From: a phage
Direction: 5' to 3' (one strand)
DNA length: 64,000 bases
Sequence record: PZ445517.1
Shown here: positions 1-10,198 of the stretch, piece after piece
Layout: every line of letters begins with the position of its first letter
How positions within the stretch are numbered: position 1 is the first letter of the stretch
The notes under the pieces: generated by a model
What the model saw: the letters and a program-made list of their open reading frames with translations, nothing else
Database searches by the model: none
Told to the model about the DNA's origin: nothing
Translations under genes and position numbers: made by a program

Positions 1-273
1 TTCACCTTTAGAAGATGCTACCTGCTGCCAAATTTTCGGTGTTTCACCTGGAATATCTTTAACAAACAAGCTTTTAGATTTATACCATTCAAGTTCACGC
101 TGAATGTATTCATCATTAAGAGCGCCAAAAATAAACGGTTCATCTGCTACAAATGATGCGCCAATAATTTCAATAGTTTTAACGCCAGTTTTATCAACTA
201 CGAAATCTTTTTCTTTTAATGCAGTTCCCAAATAAAAACGGATTTCTTCAACTGTCATAGAGTCATTAATCAT
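1..273 (-). CDS. 42: dCMP hydroxymethylase, N-terminal part (gene continues beyond window start)
   Basis: Minus-strand ATG at 271-273 preceded by GAGG; translation MINDSMTVEEIRFYLGTALKEKDFVVDKTGVKTIEIIGASFVADEPFIFGALNDEY matches remembered T4 gp42 N-terminus; open to window edge. Confidence 0.8.
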   Translation of the reverse strand, partial: MINDSMTVEEIRFYLGTALKEKDFVVDKTGVKTIEIIGASFVADEPFIFGALNDEYIQRELEWYKSKSLFVKDIPGETPKIWQQVASSKGE

Positions 274-280
274 TTAAACC

Positions 281-430
281 TCAATTGATACATTCATATT
301 TAACTTGTAACAGTAATAAACCCCAACCTAAAATAATAGTTGGAATCATAAGAGGAACCGTTACACTATAGTATATACTTATTATAATCATCAAGATTAA
401 AAGCAACACTGCTATAATTTTGCTTTTCAT
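281..430 (-). CDS. small hydrophobic membrane peptide (49 aa)
   Basis: ATG at 428-430 overlaps imm stop (ATGA), GAGAAGGA SD; MKSKIIAVLLLILMIIISIYY...; below ORF-track length cutoff. Confidence 0.35.
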   Translation of the reverse strand: MKSKIIAVLLLILMIIISIYYSVTVPLMIPTIILGWGLLLLQVKYECIN

Positions 431-678
431 TCCTTCTCTCTGATGATAATTACTTGATTTGGCTGTGCAGACTTTTTGGTTTCACCCGCAATTGACCAAA
501 TAAATGTAATAAACCAACCAATGATTGACCAGTTAAACAGTAAAGATGTAAAAAAGATTCCTACTGTCGATTTTGACCCACGCATCAAGGCGATGAACCA
601 TGGGAGCATGTATATAATAATAGCCAACACACCTGAAACTAAAACCATAAAAATTGAACCTGCTACTAAAGTTTCCAT
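427..678 (-). CDS. imm: superinfection immunity membrane protein Imm
   Basis: 83 aa, two predicted TM helices, located between 43 and 42 as in T4. Confidence 0.7.
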   Translation of the reverse strand: METLVAGSIFMVLVSGVLAIIIYMLPWFIALMRGSKSTVGIFFTSLLFNWSIIGWFITFIWSIAGETKKSAQPNQVIIIREKE

Positions 679-685
679 GTTTTCC

Positions 686-1066
686 TCACTTAGTCAAATT
701 TTTTACGCATGAATTATAAGAATTTACTACATACTCCATCGGAGCATTTTTACCGGTACGCCATTGGTAATTATTAGCCCAATTTGCCCAAAGTTCAGCA
801 CAGTAGTTTTCAATTTTTTCTTCACGTGTAATTACATCCGAATTACGATATGCTTGAGCAGATTCATCTGGACGAATAGCTTCGTCAAAATTCGCCTGCA
901 TTTGTTCTACTGTTTGCTTTGGAGCTTCTTTATAACACTTGACATTAGGATTATAAAATTTGCTTGAACAGTTTACAATTTTTCCTACATCAGACTGATT
1001 TACTACCGGTCCTTGAGCTACACAACCAGTAAGACCCAATGCAATAACCAAAATAGCGATTTTCAT
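686..1066 (-). CDS. putative lipoprotein (126 aa)
   Basis: Internal ATG 1064-1066 with GGAG SD downstream of early promoter; MKIAILVIALGLTGC lipobox signal; ORF-track start at 1255 lies upstream of the promoter and inside promoter DNA. Confidence 0.6.
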   Translation of the reverse strand: MKIAILVIALGLTGCVAQGPVVNQSDVGKIVNCSSKFYNPNVKCYKEAPKQTVEQMQANFDEAIRPDESAQAYRNSDVITREEKIENYCAELWANWANNYQWRTGKNAPMEYVVNSYNSCVKNLTK

Positions 1067-1094
1067 TTCATTCTCCAAATCCGCGTCAGTTGAT

Positions 1095-1135
1095 AGTTGT
1101 ATAGTACCACGGAAGAACAGAGATGTAAACAGTTT
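1095..1135 (-). promoter_or_regulatory. T4-type early promoter (GTTTAC -35, TGGTACTAT -10, A/T-rich UP region)
   Basis: Plus-strand gtaaac at 1125-1130 and gttgatagttgtatagtaccac block; same motif recurs upstream of many minus-strand genes. Confidence 0.6.
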
Positions 1136-1247
1136 TGTGAAAAAACTTTTAATGAATTCCAGAGGTCCAGAATCATCTATTTTTCCTAAGTATAGATTTA
1201 TATTACTTGTATGAAAAAGGGACCCGGAGGTCCCTAGATTTATTCTA

Positions 1248-3944
1248 TCAGCCAAACAGGAAGTCTAACGAAGCTTTTTCTTCATAGTCCATACCCGCCG
1301 ATTCACACATACCCGCAAGCGGTTTAACAAACGATTTTTGGAACAAAGTTGAGTAGTCAATCCAAGACAGTACATCAGAACGAATTTCTTTTGGAAGTTC
1401 CGTACCCGATGGCCAAGCAATACACTTGTCACCAAATGGATTTCCCTCACGTAATGGAAGAACCATTACTTTATTTCCATCCAAAATTGGAGCTACACCT
1501 AAACCGCTAACAGCTCGACGATAAGTTAGCACCCCACGAATGTGGAACGGGCATTTAAATCCTGGCCAACCTTTATCGTCATATTTCGCTATATCGTTCG
1601 CGGTTTTTACTTCAGCAATAACTTTATAGTCAAGTTGACGATATTCTTTCTCAAAGTTCTTGTAGTATTCTTGGACAGACTCTTCACCTTCCTGAAGAAT
1701 ACGACGAATACTTTCTTCGAGAGCTTCTTGTACTGCTTTTGGTGTTGAACTCTGCTGAGTTTCCATACCCATGATTTTTAGATGTGGTTCAGCAAATCGC
1801 TTATCTTCCATATCATAAACGTTCAGAGCATAACGTTTTTTCGCTTTCCAAAATCCACCAACACCCTTTGAACCAAGCGGAGGACAAGAAATAGCTTCAC
1901 GGTCCATATGCATCAGATGCTCGCGGTTATTCATATAATCACATAACTCACGATATGCAACATCAATCATAGGTTCCATCTTTTTCTTACCGAACTGATT
2001 CATGAATTCAACTAAATCATTTTGTTCTTTAAAGCGGTCAAGACCTACTTTTTCAATAACTTTATCTACACAAACATATACAGAATCAGTATCACCCGCT
2101 GCGATGAAATCTTCGCCATTAGTTCCACACACCTTATTCAGGTATTCATTAATTTTACGAGCAATCCACTGAATACCAACTTGACCAAAAATTGTGATAG
2201 CAGTAGCATTTCGCAAATCATAGTAACGGAAATGAATATTACCAAGAGCACCATAAAGACTGTTGATAAGAATTTTACGGTTTAGCTGATTTGTGTTAGC
2301 AAGTGTAGCTGCTTTTTCACATTCTTCGATCAGACTATTAAGAACAGATTCGGTGTAATTCGATAATTCATTTAAGAAATCATCATTGAACTTAACATAT
2401 CGTTCAACTTCTGGTTTAGTTGAGCGAGACCCTGCACCTTTCATAATAATCTTTTTAATAGCTTCGGCATTCATTTCTTCGGCGAACATTTTCTTTTTCC
2501 AATCTTTACGTTGGAAAAATACTTTAGCGATTTCCTTTGGAATGATACCTTCTTGATGCTTATCATACATCCATCCATTCGGAGAACAAGAATATTCATC
2601 ACTTGGCTTAGGAGCTGTTCCTGCGATATATTCATGAATTGGATGAACTTTAAACTGACCACGAATAGTCTCAGGACTAATGTTAACCTGACGAATAATG
2701 CTAGGATACAGAGACGTCAAGTCAAAACTCATAATGTATCGACGAGCAATCGGTTTAGGTTCAAATACAAATGCACCTGGAAAACTTTGTTTAACGTGCG
2801 AACCTTGTTGAGGAATAACCTTATGTTCACCTTTCAACGAGTTAAAAATAATAGCATCCCAAGTTTTAATAGGACTCATTACACCAGAAAAAGGCATTTT
2901 AGCATAATAAGACATACTTAAAACTAGATCGATAAACCCACGAATTTTATCAATTGCTTGAACTGATTCTACGTCAATGATGTTATAACTAATGTATCGT
3001 TGATGATTAGTCTCACGAAGTTTATTAATAGGACCGTCGTATGGCAATTTACCTTTTTTGGTTTCATGTTGAGCAACTGATTCCAAAGAGAATGATGGCA
3101 AATTAGTAAATGCGAATTTCTTGTACAAATCTAAATAATCAAGAATAGATACGCCATCAATAGAATAAATTTCTTTGCTACCGTACATATTTTGAATTAG
3201 TTTAGATTTTACTCGACCGATTGGAGAGAAGCGTTTCATACTGCGTTCGCCCAGAACCATTTTAACACGATTCATGATATACGGAACGTCAAATCCCTCA
3301 ATATTCCAGCCGGTAAAAATAGCAGGTCTTTTCTGTTCCCAGAGATTAATATATTCCATGAGCATATCACGCTCATTATCAAATGGCATATAAATTACTC
3401 GGTCAAGAATTTCTTGAGGAACTTCATCACCACCTTCACAGTCAAGTTTAGCAGCTAACTTTGCATCCCATTTTGATACTGAACCGTACATTGAATTCAA
3501 CAAATCAAAGACGTAAAAACGGTCGTCAATTGAATCATAATGAGTGATAGCATCAATTTCATATTCTGCTTTCATTGGGTCAGGAAATTTATCACCAGTA
3601 ACCTCAATGTCACAGTTAGCTACACGAACAAATTTTCGGTCATAAACAATTTCTGAACCATATGTATCACTGATATAAGCGAGTTTAAAATCGTTCATAC
3701 CGAGAGCTTCGAGACCGATGTCTTCCATTCGTTTCATCCAATCTCGTGCATCTTTCATTGATGGAAATTTTTGAGGAGCGCAATTTTTACCGTAAATGTC
3801 TTTGTATTTTGATTCTTCCTTACAATGTCTAAACATAGTCGGAAGATATTCTACTTCGCGAGTACGTTCCTTTCCATTTTCATCAATATAACGTTCAACA
3901 ATATTATTTCCGACTGTTTCGATAGAGATATAAAATTCTTTCAT
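1248..3944 (-). CDS. 43: DNA polymerase (family B) gp43
   Basis: 898 aa, same as T4 gp43; exonuclease and polymerase motifs (e.g. YGDTDS); AAGGAA SD before ATG at 3944. Confidence 0.97.
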   Translation of the reverse strand: MKEFYISIETVGNNIVERYIDENGKERTREVEYLPTMFRHCKEESKYKDIYGKNCAPQKFPSMKDARDWMKRMEDIGLEALGMNDFKLAYISDTYGSEIVYDRKFVRVANCDIEVTGDKFPDPMKAEYEIDAITHYDSIDDRFYVFDLLNSMYGSVSKWDAKLAAKLDCEGGDEVPQEILDRVIYMPFDNERDMLMEYINLWEQKRPAIFTGWNIEGFDVPYIMNRVKMVLGERSMKRFSPIGRVKSKLIQNMYGSKEIYSIDGVSILDYLDLYKKFAFTNLPSFSLESVAQHETKKGKLPYDGPINKLRETNHQRYISYNIIDVESVQAIDKIRGFIDLVLSMSYYAKMPFSGVMSPIKTWDAIIFNSLKGEHKVIPQQGSHVKQSFPGAFVFEPKPIARRYIMSFDLTSLYPSIIRQVNISPETIRGQFKVHPIHEYIAGTAPKPSDEYSCSPNGWMYDKHQEGIIPKEIAKVFFQRKDWKKKMFAEEMNAEAIKKIIMKGAGSRSTKPEVERYVKFNDDFLNELSNYTESVLNSLIEECEKAATLANTNQLNRKILINSLYGALGNIHFRYYDLRNATAITIFGQVGIQWIARKINEYLNKVCGTNGEDFIAAGDTDSVYVCVDKVIEKVGLDRFKEQNDLVEFMNQFGKKKMEPMIDVAYRELCDYMNNREHLMHMDREAISCPPLGSKGVGGFWKAKKRYALNVYDMEDKRFAEPHLKIMGMETQQSSTPKAVQEALEESIRRILQEGEESVQEYYKNFEKEYRQLDYKVIAEVKTANDIAKYDDKGWPGFKCPFHIRGVLTYRRAVSGLGVAPILDGNKVMVLPLREGNPFGDKCIAWPSGTELPKEIRSDVLSWIDYSTLFQKSFVKPLAGMCESAGMDYEEKASLDFLFG

Positions 3945-4002
3945 AGATATTCCTTAGTTTATAGCCCGAGTTATTAGGCTCTTGATATATTATACTCCAA
4001 AT

Positions 4003-4021
4003 AAGGGGCCGAAGCCCCCTT
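4003..4021 (-). terminator. GC stem-loop with UUCG-type tetraloop (on RNA GGGGC-UUCG-GCCCC)
   Basis: aaggggccgaagcccctt directly after regA stop, upstream of gene 43 start. Confidence 0.5.
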
Positions 4022-4023
4022 GC

Positions 4024-4392
4024 TTAATTACCAATCGTATATTTAGGAACGAGTTTCCATTCATGTTTTTGCTTAAAAGAAATAACTCGGAAGTTATTAG
4101 TTAAATCTTTCATAAAAGTTCTTTGACCGGGAGCGATTTCAATCAGTCCCCAATCTTCTAACAGCCATGCAATCGAATCACGACGAACTTCATCTTCTTC
4201 TGTCATTTCAACTTGACGGCCATCCATACGAAGCATTTCTTTAAAATGAACGATATAGTATAGTCCTTTTTTCTGAAGAATATGACAGGACTGATACAGA
4301 ACTTTATCTTTATTATTAGCAATTCCCATACGAGTCAAAGTTTCTTTTACTTTCAGAAAATCTTCAGGTTTTTTAAGAGTAATTTCAATCAT
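4024..4392 (-). CDS. regA: translational repressor RegA
   Basis: 122 aa; MIEITLKKPEDFLKVKETLTRMGIANN matches remembered T4 RegA; between 62 and 43. Confidence 0.9.
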   Translation of the reverse strand: MIEITLKKPEDFLKVKETLTRMGIANNKDKVLYQSCHILQKKGLYYIVHFKEMLRMDGRQVEMTEEDEVRRDSIAWLLEDWGLIEIAPGQRTFMKDLTNNFRVISFKQKHEWKLVPKYTIGN

Positions 4393-4393
4393 T

Positions 4394-4957
4394 TTACCAT
4401 TCCAATGCTAGTTTTTTGAGTTGTTTCTGTTCTTTTACGTTCTTAGTCACTTCTTTCAAAAAATCATCCGTGACTAATCCTTTAAGTTCTTTTAATACTA
4501 AAGGAAGTTTTCCATTTTTAGTAAGAATTGATTTATAGTTAATTGCATCATTTGTATTAACTTGATATCGCTTAGCAAGTAACTTAATAATCAATACTTC
4601 GGTGGAATCTTCAACTAGTTTTGCCCATTTACCATATCTTTTACCCCGAGGAACAGCAGCCATCAGATAATTAAAATGGGCTTCATCGCTTAAACCTGAT
4701 CCAATTAAATTCATAGCATATACAGCTGGCATGCACTCTGGAAATTGTGATAATGCATTCTCAACCATGAATTTTGAATAATCTTTTTGAGCAATAGAGC
4801 ATTTAGTTTTATTATTAATAGCTCCAATTATTTCAAAAAACTCATTTTCAGCTTTTTCTTTAAAAGAATCAGCAGCGGATTGGACAGCTGTCCAATCTTT
4901 TGAATACCAAGCAACTTGATGCTCGTTTAATTGAATATCATCTTCAAATAAGCTCAT
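4394..4957 (-). CDS. 62: clamp loader small subunit gp62
   Basis: 187 aa from ATG 4955-4957 (MSLFEDDIQ...), T4 gp62 length; track start is an upstream extension. Confidence 0.85.
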   Translation of the reverse strand: MSLFEDDIQLNEHQVAWYSKDWTAVQSAADSFKEKAENEFFEIIGAINNKTKCSIAQKDYSKFMVENALSQFPECMPAVYAMNLIGSGLSDEAHFNYLMAAVPRGKRYGKWAKLVEDSTEVLIIKLLAKRYQVNTNDAINYKSILTKNGKLPLVLKELKGLVTDDFLKEVTKNVKEQKQLKKLALEW

Positions 4958-4958
4958 A

Positions 4959-5918
4959 TCACTTCCACTGCATTTCACATGCTAACTGAATGAAAAGATA
5001 AGCTAGATGCAATTCAGTATTAGCTGCAATACCATGATACTGATTATTTTCGCCGACAATTTCGTACATACGAATAATACTCTGTGGAGTTACACGTGAA
5101 TAGATTTCTTCAGCAAGTTTACCCACGAACCACGAATAATCGGCTGCATATTTTGGTGCTAAAGCTCTGAGTTGTTTAACATCTTTATTTTTGAGAGACT
5201 CAAGAACATCATCAATAGCACCACGATCGTTAGTAACCAGTGATAAAATACCAGCATCCAAAACACCTTTAGATGAATAACTATCGAGCTCGCCAATAGT
5301 TTTACGAAAATCAGGAAAATTCTTTTTAACCAAAGCTGCTACAACTTTCATATCAGCTATAGCAATTCCTTCATGCTTACAGATTTCGGTCAACCGACGA
5401 ATCATCTGCTTCATCATTTCAATTTTATCTTCATCGGTCGGTTGACCGAATGTGATAACTCGACAGCGTGACTGAAGCGGTTTAATAATACCATCAATAT
5501 TGTTAGCAGTAATAATAATACTGCAGTTTGAACTATAAGCTTCCATAAAGGAACGAAGATGTCGCTGAGATTCTGCTAAACCTGAACGGTCAAATTCATC
5601 AATAACAATTACCTTTTGACGACCATCAAATGAAGCTGCACTCGCAAAATTAGTTAAAGGACCACGAACGAAATCAATTTTACAGTCTGATCCATTTACA
5701 AACATCATATCAGCATTTACGTCATGACACAATGCTTTTGCTACAGTTGTTTTACCTGTTCCTGGAGAAGGAGAATGAAGAATAATATGTGGAATCTTAC
5801 CTTTACTTGTAATAGATTTAAAGGTTTCTTTATCAAAGGCGGGAAGAATACATTCATCGATAGTAGATGGACGATATTTCTGTTCAAGAATGTGTTCTTT
5901 TTCATTTACGGTAATCAT
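4959..5918 (-). CDS. 44: clamp loader ATPase subunit gp44 (AAA+)
   Basis: 319 aa from ATG 5916-5918 with GAGGAAA SD; Walker [11 protein letters not shown]; track start at 5933 is a TTG extension. Confidence 0.9.
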
Positions 5919-5953
5919 AATTTCCTCATTCAAGTTTTAGTGTAAATTATAAA

Positions 5954-5965
5954 GGGCCGAAGCCC
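5954..5965 (-). terminator. UUCG-type hairpin (GGGC-UUCG-GCCC)
   Basis: gggccgaagccc in 45-44 intergenic spacer. Confidence 0.45.
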
Positions 5966-5969
5966 TCTA

Positions 5970-6656
5970 TTAAAAATCGTGGGTGGAATCAGCTTCAAGA
6001 GCTACTACATAATTCGCATGTTCACCTTCAAATTTAGCAGCACCTTGTTTACCTTTTGCCCAAAGCAGAAGTTTATAATTTCCTGGTTGCATTTTCATAT
6101 TTGCCATATTGATAATGAAATTAAATGTATTTTCACCATCGTAATCACCAAGAGTCAAAGAATATTTAACACGGGTCAGAGCAGAATCTTCTACTTTATT
6201 AAAACCGTTAATTACGATTTTACCTTCTTTTACTGTGATAGCAATTGTATCAATCTGCAGACCACGAGATACACGCAACAGCTGTTGAAGGTCTTCAGCT
6301 TTAATTTCAGTAACAACAGATGCTACCGGGAATGGAATTGGTTTATTAGGAGCAACTACTGTACTCGGATCGGCTGCTGGCCAAAAAATTGTTGAACGGG
6401 CATCAGCAATTTTAATATTTCCATCTTCTGACTGGGAAATTTCTGCATCATCATTAACTAGAGACAGAATACCGAGAAAACCGTTCAAATCGTAAATTGC
6501 TACATCAAAATCAATAACGTCAGAAATATTTGCTTCCGCATAAGTTGTACCATTAACTGCGCGAGTCATAATAAATTGACCGGATTTAAGCATAATACCG
6601 GAGTTAATAGTAGCGAAATTTTTAAGCAGAGCAGTAGTATCTTTAGACAGTTTCAT
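5970..6656 (-). CDS. 45: sliding clamp gp45
   Basis: 228 aa, T4 gp45 length and position. Confidence 0.9.
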   Translation of the reverse strand: MKLSKDTTALLKNFATINSGIMLKSGQFIMTRAVNGTTYAEANISDVIDFDVAIYDLNGFLGILSLVNDDAEISQSEDGNIKIADARSTIFWPAADPSTVVAPNKPIPFPVASVVTEIKAEDLQQLLRVSRGLQIDTIAITVKEGKIVINGFNKVEDSALTRVKYSLTLGDYDGENTFNFIINMANMKMQPGNYKLLLWAKGKQGAAKFEGEHANYVVALEADSTHDF

Positions 6657-6711
6657 GTAATTTCCTTCAATTCAAATGAGATTTAATTTTATAACTAATT
6701 TAATAAAGCAA

Positions 6712-7101
6712 TTAACGATTAAAATCAGCCGCAATTGTTTCCGCAACAATTTGAGCAGCAACAATTAGACGTTCATCTGCATTACCACAATAATCATCTT
6801 CAAGGCGTTCACCACATGAAGTCATAATAAATTTAGCACCGGCGTTTAGGGATTCTGTAGTATGTTTGCGCATTAGTTCAATCCATTTATTACTTACTTC
6901 ACGATCGATAGCTTCATAATACGCATGACGAGCAGGTGCAGATTTAATTTTGTTCTGAATAACTTCCATTGCGTTATCAGAAAGAGATAAAACCCATGCT
7001 CGACGAATTTTATTTTGGTTTTGTGGATTTGATTCAGAACGCACGTGTTTTGGCTGAATATCTTTTACGTCAACAGTATAATTCACAGTAATTTTAGTCA
7101 T
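6712..7101 (-). CDS. rpbA: RNA polymerase-binding protein RpbA
   Basis: 129 aa, T4 RpbA length, downstream of 45. Confidence 0.7.
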
Positions 7102-7110
7102 AATACACCT

Positions 7111-7302
7111 TTAGTCATAATAATCAGTAACAGTCCAAGCTTCATTTCTATTGGACATTATTTTTGTATATTCTGCTTTAAATGCATTCCTAAGCATAGA
7201 TTCAGTAACTATATGCTCTTCATTAGAAAAATTATTTCTCAGAATATATCGTTTTATTTCAGGAAAAGTTAATAAATGCTGTCCAGTTGAATATTCTGCC
7301 AC
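7111..7302 (-). CDS. hypothetical small protein (45.2 position)
   Basis: 63 aa ORF in the T4 45.2 position. Confidence 0.5.
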   Translation of the reverse strand: MAEYSTGQHLLTFPEIKRYILRNNFSNEEHIVTESMLRNAFKAEYTKIMSNRNEAWTVTDYYD

Positions 7303-7312
7303 AGTTCCTCCG

Positions 7313-7320
7313 TATAAATA
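7313..7320 (+). promoter_or_regulatory. T4 late promoter -10 box TATAAATA
   Basis: Exact TATAAATA 34 nt upstream of the HNH ORF ATG at 7354, followed by AAGGAT SD. Confidence 0.5.
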
Positions 7321-7353
7321 TGTTTATCACTCGCTGTATCAAAAGGATATGTT

Positions 7354-8070
7354 ATGAATTATAAACTAATTTATGAAAAGTTAATCTCTAATGCTAAATC
7401 TCGAAAACTTGATTGTTATACTGAATCTCATCACATTATACCACGCTGTTTAAATGGCAGCGATGATGCTTCAAACTTAGTAGATTTAACACCAGAAGAG
7501 CACTATGTAGCTCATCAACTTTTAGTAAAAATTTATCCTTCTGAACCAAAATTAGTCTATGCTGCTAACATGATGACAGTTTCTACGAAATACGCTAAAC
7601 GCAACAATAAAACTTTCGGTTGGATTCGTCGTAAACTCTGGGAAATAGAAAAGAATAAAGAATTCTCCCAGGAGACACGAAAGAAAATGTCTGATGCAGT
7701 AGCTAATAAAGCAAGACTAACTTGTCCTCATTGCGGTAAGTCTGGATTAAGCGGGAATATGAATCGTTGGCATTTTGATAACTGCCCAAATCACCCTAAT
7801 CCTAAAGTTAGACCACCAATGTCTAAAGAACACAGAAATAATATCTCAAACGGGCTTAAAGCAATCGTTCTTGAAGAAACATCCTGCGAATTCTGCGGAA
7901 TGATAGGCAAGAAATGCGTTATCGCAGCGCATAGAAATTTCTGCAAGAAAAATCCAAATGGACGCAAGAAAACTGAAAAGACTGGTACTTGCGTCCATTG
8001 TGGTAAAGTTACCACTTTCGGAAATTTATCAAGATGGCATAATGATAACTGTAAATATAAACTTAGCTAA
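7354..8070 (+). CDS. free-standing HNH homing endonuclease with three C-terminal zinc-finger-like repeats
   Basis: ESHHIIPRCLNGSDDASNLVDLTPEEHYVAHQ HNH motif; three repeats of CxxCGK...NxxRWHxDNC; plus strand, opposite to flanking genes. Confidence 0.75.
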   Translation: MNYKLIYEKLISNAKSRKLDCYTESHHIIPRCLNGSDDASNLVDLTPEEHYVAHQLLVKIYPSEPKLVYAANMMTVSTKYAKRNNKTFGWIRRKLWEIEKNKEFSQETRKKMSDAVANKARLTCPHCGKSGLSGNMNRWHFDNCPNHPNPKVRPPMSKEHRNNISNGLKAIVLEETSCEFCGMIGKKCVIAAHRNFCKKNPNGRKKTEKTGTCVHCGKVTTFGNLSRWHNDNCKYKLS

Positions 8071-9751
8071 TCTTAGCTAAACTAAATCTACCAACTTTTT
8101 CCATCTGAATATGCTGACCATATTCTTGTGGGTCATGGTCTTTATGTGAAATTATGAAGAAGTTGGTATCCTTCAAACCATCTAAAATTTTAGCTACATT
8201 TTTAATACCTTCAGCATCAAATGCACCGTCATACACTTCATCAAGAAATAAACAACTTATTTTAACACCTGAAACTTTTTCAGCAATATCACGCCAAGTA
8301 AATAAAAGAGCAATATCAATTCGCGCTTTTTCACCTTGACTGAATGAAGCATAACTAAAATCTTCACGACCACGGGATTTAATTGTCTCATTAAATTCTT
8401 CATCTAATGTAAACACATAATCCGCTTCCATTATTTTAAGATAATGGTTAATCTGCTTATTAAATAATGGAATGTACTTTTTAATAATAGCACCTTTAAT
8501 ACCAGAATCTTTGAGCATATCAGTCAAAATTCCTCGGTGGTATTTTTCCATTACTAAATTAGTTTTTGTCTTAACAATTTTATCAAGTTCTTCTTGAAGC
8601 AGTGCTATTTCATCAGCATGGTCAATAAACTCAGAAGATGCTTTTTCTATAGCTGCTTTAACTTTTTTAGCTTTATCTACTGTCGTGATTAGAGATTGCT
8701 TTTTATTGCGAATATCATTTGCTAACGACTGCTGGGTTTTAATATTATCTCGGTATTCATCAACAAGAACTTTTAAATTATCACGGTGTGTTGAAAGCTG
8801 TTCAAACGAATGCGTACATTCAGAAACTTTATCTTTAATTTTAGAAACAACTTTATCACCGGAACTTAATTGTGACAAGCAGGTTGGACATAATCCACCT
8901 TCGTGATACATATTAATGACTTTATTATACGAGTCAATTTTTGATTTAATTAAAACTGCTTCTTGACCGATTTTATTAAATGCATCAGTCGGGTCTTCAT
9001 CTAAAACAATATTAACTAATCTTTCATTAGCTTCTTCTATTTCCGATTTTAGCGTTCTAGCTTCTTTTGCCAAATCATCATACATATTTTGAAGACGAGT
9101 AAGGTTGTCACCCGTTAATTTTTTCTGGCGTTCAACGTTATCATTATATATTTTAATTTGTTGGATAATACTATCTTTTTTAACATCAAGCACTTGGTTT
9201 TGTGAATTTAATTCACGTATTAGCGCTTTATTAAGCTTATCCATTTCAGCTAATGTTCCTACCTCAAGCAGGTCTTCCACAAGCTTTCTTCGCGCAGGGG
9301 TCGACAAACCCATGAAAGGGGTATACCCTGCTGTACCAAGAACAACAATCTGCTTGAAACTGGCATATGACATTCCGATAAGCTGTTCAAATTCTGCTTG
9401 GAAATCTTTACTGCTGGCAGATTCATTAAGACGTGTACCGTTAACGGTGATTTCGAAAACGTTTGGTTTTTGTCCTCTTTTGATATAGTACTTTTTCTCA
9501 TCATATTCCATCCACAATTCAACTAAAAGTTCTTTCTTATTTGTGCTGTTTATTAATTGACCTTTCTTTACATCACGAAATGGCTTGCCAAAAAGCCCAA
9601 ATGTGATGGCTTCTAACATAGTAGACTTACCACCGCCATTTCGGCCAGTAATAAGAGTTTTTTGAACCTTATCTAATTGAATGTCAATAGGATTTCCACC
9701 TACTGACATTATATTTTGATACCTAACTCGGTTTAGTTTAAAATTCTTCAC
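8063..9751 (-). CDS. 46: recombination nuclease subunit gp46 (SbcC/Rad50-like ATPase)
   Basis: 562 aa; Walker A GRNGGGKST, coiled-coil middle, zinc hook CPTC, C-terminal ABC signature region. Confidence 0.93.
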   Translation of the reverse strand: MKNFKLNRVRYQNIMSVGGNPIDIQLDKVQKTLITGRNGGGKSTMLEAITFGLFGKPFRDVKKGQLINSTNKKELLVELWMEYDEKKYYIKRGQKPNVFEITVNGTRLNESASSKDFQAEFEQLIGMSYASFKQIVVLGTAGYTPFMGLSTPARRKLVEDLLEVGTLAEMDKLNKALIRELNSQNQVLDVKKDSIIQQIKIYNDNVERQKKLTGDNLTRLQNMYDDLAKEARTLKSEIEEANERLVNIVLDEDPTDAFNKIGQEAVLIKSKIDSYNKVINMYHEGGLCPTCLSQLSSGDKVVSKIKDKVSECTHSFEQLSTHRDNLKVLVDEYRDNIKTQQSLANDIRNKKQSLITTVDKAKKVKAAIEKASSEFIDHADEIALLQEELDKIVKTKTNLVMEKYHRGILTDMLKDSGIKGAIIKKYIPLFNKQINHYLKIMEADYVFTLDEEFNETIKSRGREDFSYASFSQGEKARIDIALLFTWRDIAEKVSGVKISCLFLDEVYDGAFDAEGIKNVAKILDGLKDTNFFIISHKDHDPQEYGQHIQMEKVGRFSLAKIS

Positions 9752-9963
9752 AAAAGATTCCTTTTAATGTATCTTTTAGACCATTCTATCATATCATCAT
9801 AATCTAAAAAGTATTCATCAAATTCAGCCATGCAAACAACACCTTGTGCTGCTTTTGATGTGATATAAATTATTCCAACATATCTAGAATCTTCTTCGGT
9901 ATAATCAATATTTGCTATGAATTCATCATTAATGTCAAATGTCGAAAACTTCACAGTATGCAT
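9748..9963 (-). CDS. hypothetical protein (46.1 position)
   Basis: ORF-track ORF trimmed to internal ATG 9961-9963 to avoid overlap with upstream ORF; start uncertain. Confidence 0.4.
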   Translation of the reverse strand: MHTVKFSTFDINDEFIANIDYTEEDSRYVGIIYITSKAAQGVVCMAEFDEYFLDYDDMIEWSKRYIKRNLL

Positions 9964-10198
9964 CCTTAATACAAGATACAGCCATATCTCGTAATGATTT
10001 AGGTGTGTCATTATCTAAAATGTTGAAGTTAAAAGATACAGCCCAGTCAGTGCAGACTGTAACCTTTTTAATACAATTATCTTCAACCTCTAGCGGTTCA
10101 AACCAATATTCAATAATTTCTTTATGACCAATATCATCTTTTACTTCGCATTCAAAATGCTGACTCATCATAACATTTTTAAATTCATCAAAAGTCAT
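9935..10198 (-). CDS. hypothetical protein (46.2 position)
   Basis: 87 aa ORF between 47 and 46. Confidence 0.5.
   Translation of the reverse strand: MTFDEFKNVMMSQHFECEVKDDIGHKEIIEYWFEPLEVEDNCIKKVTVCTDWAVSFNFNILDNDTPKSLRDMAVSCIKDAYCEVFDI

Noticed and set aside
1248-3944. Intein or intron in DNA polymerase gene 43
   Set aside because: ORF is continuous and exactly the T4 gp43 length (898 aa); no extra insertion.
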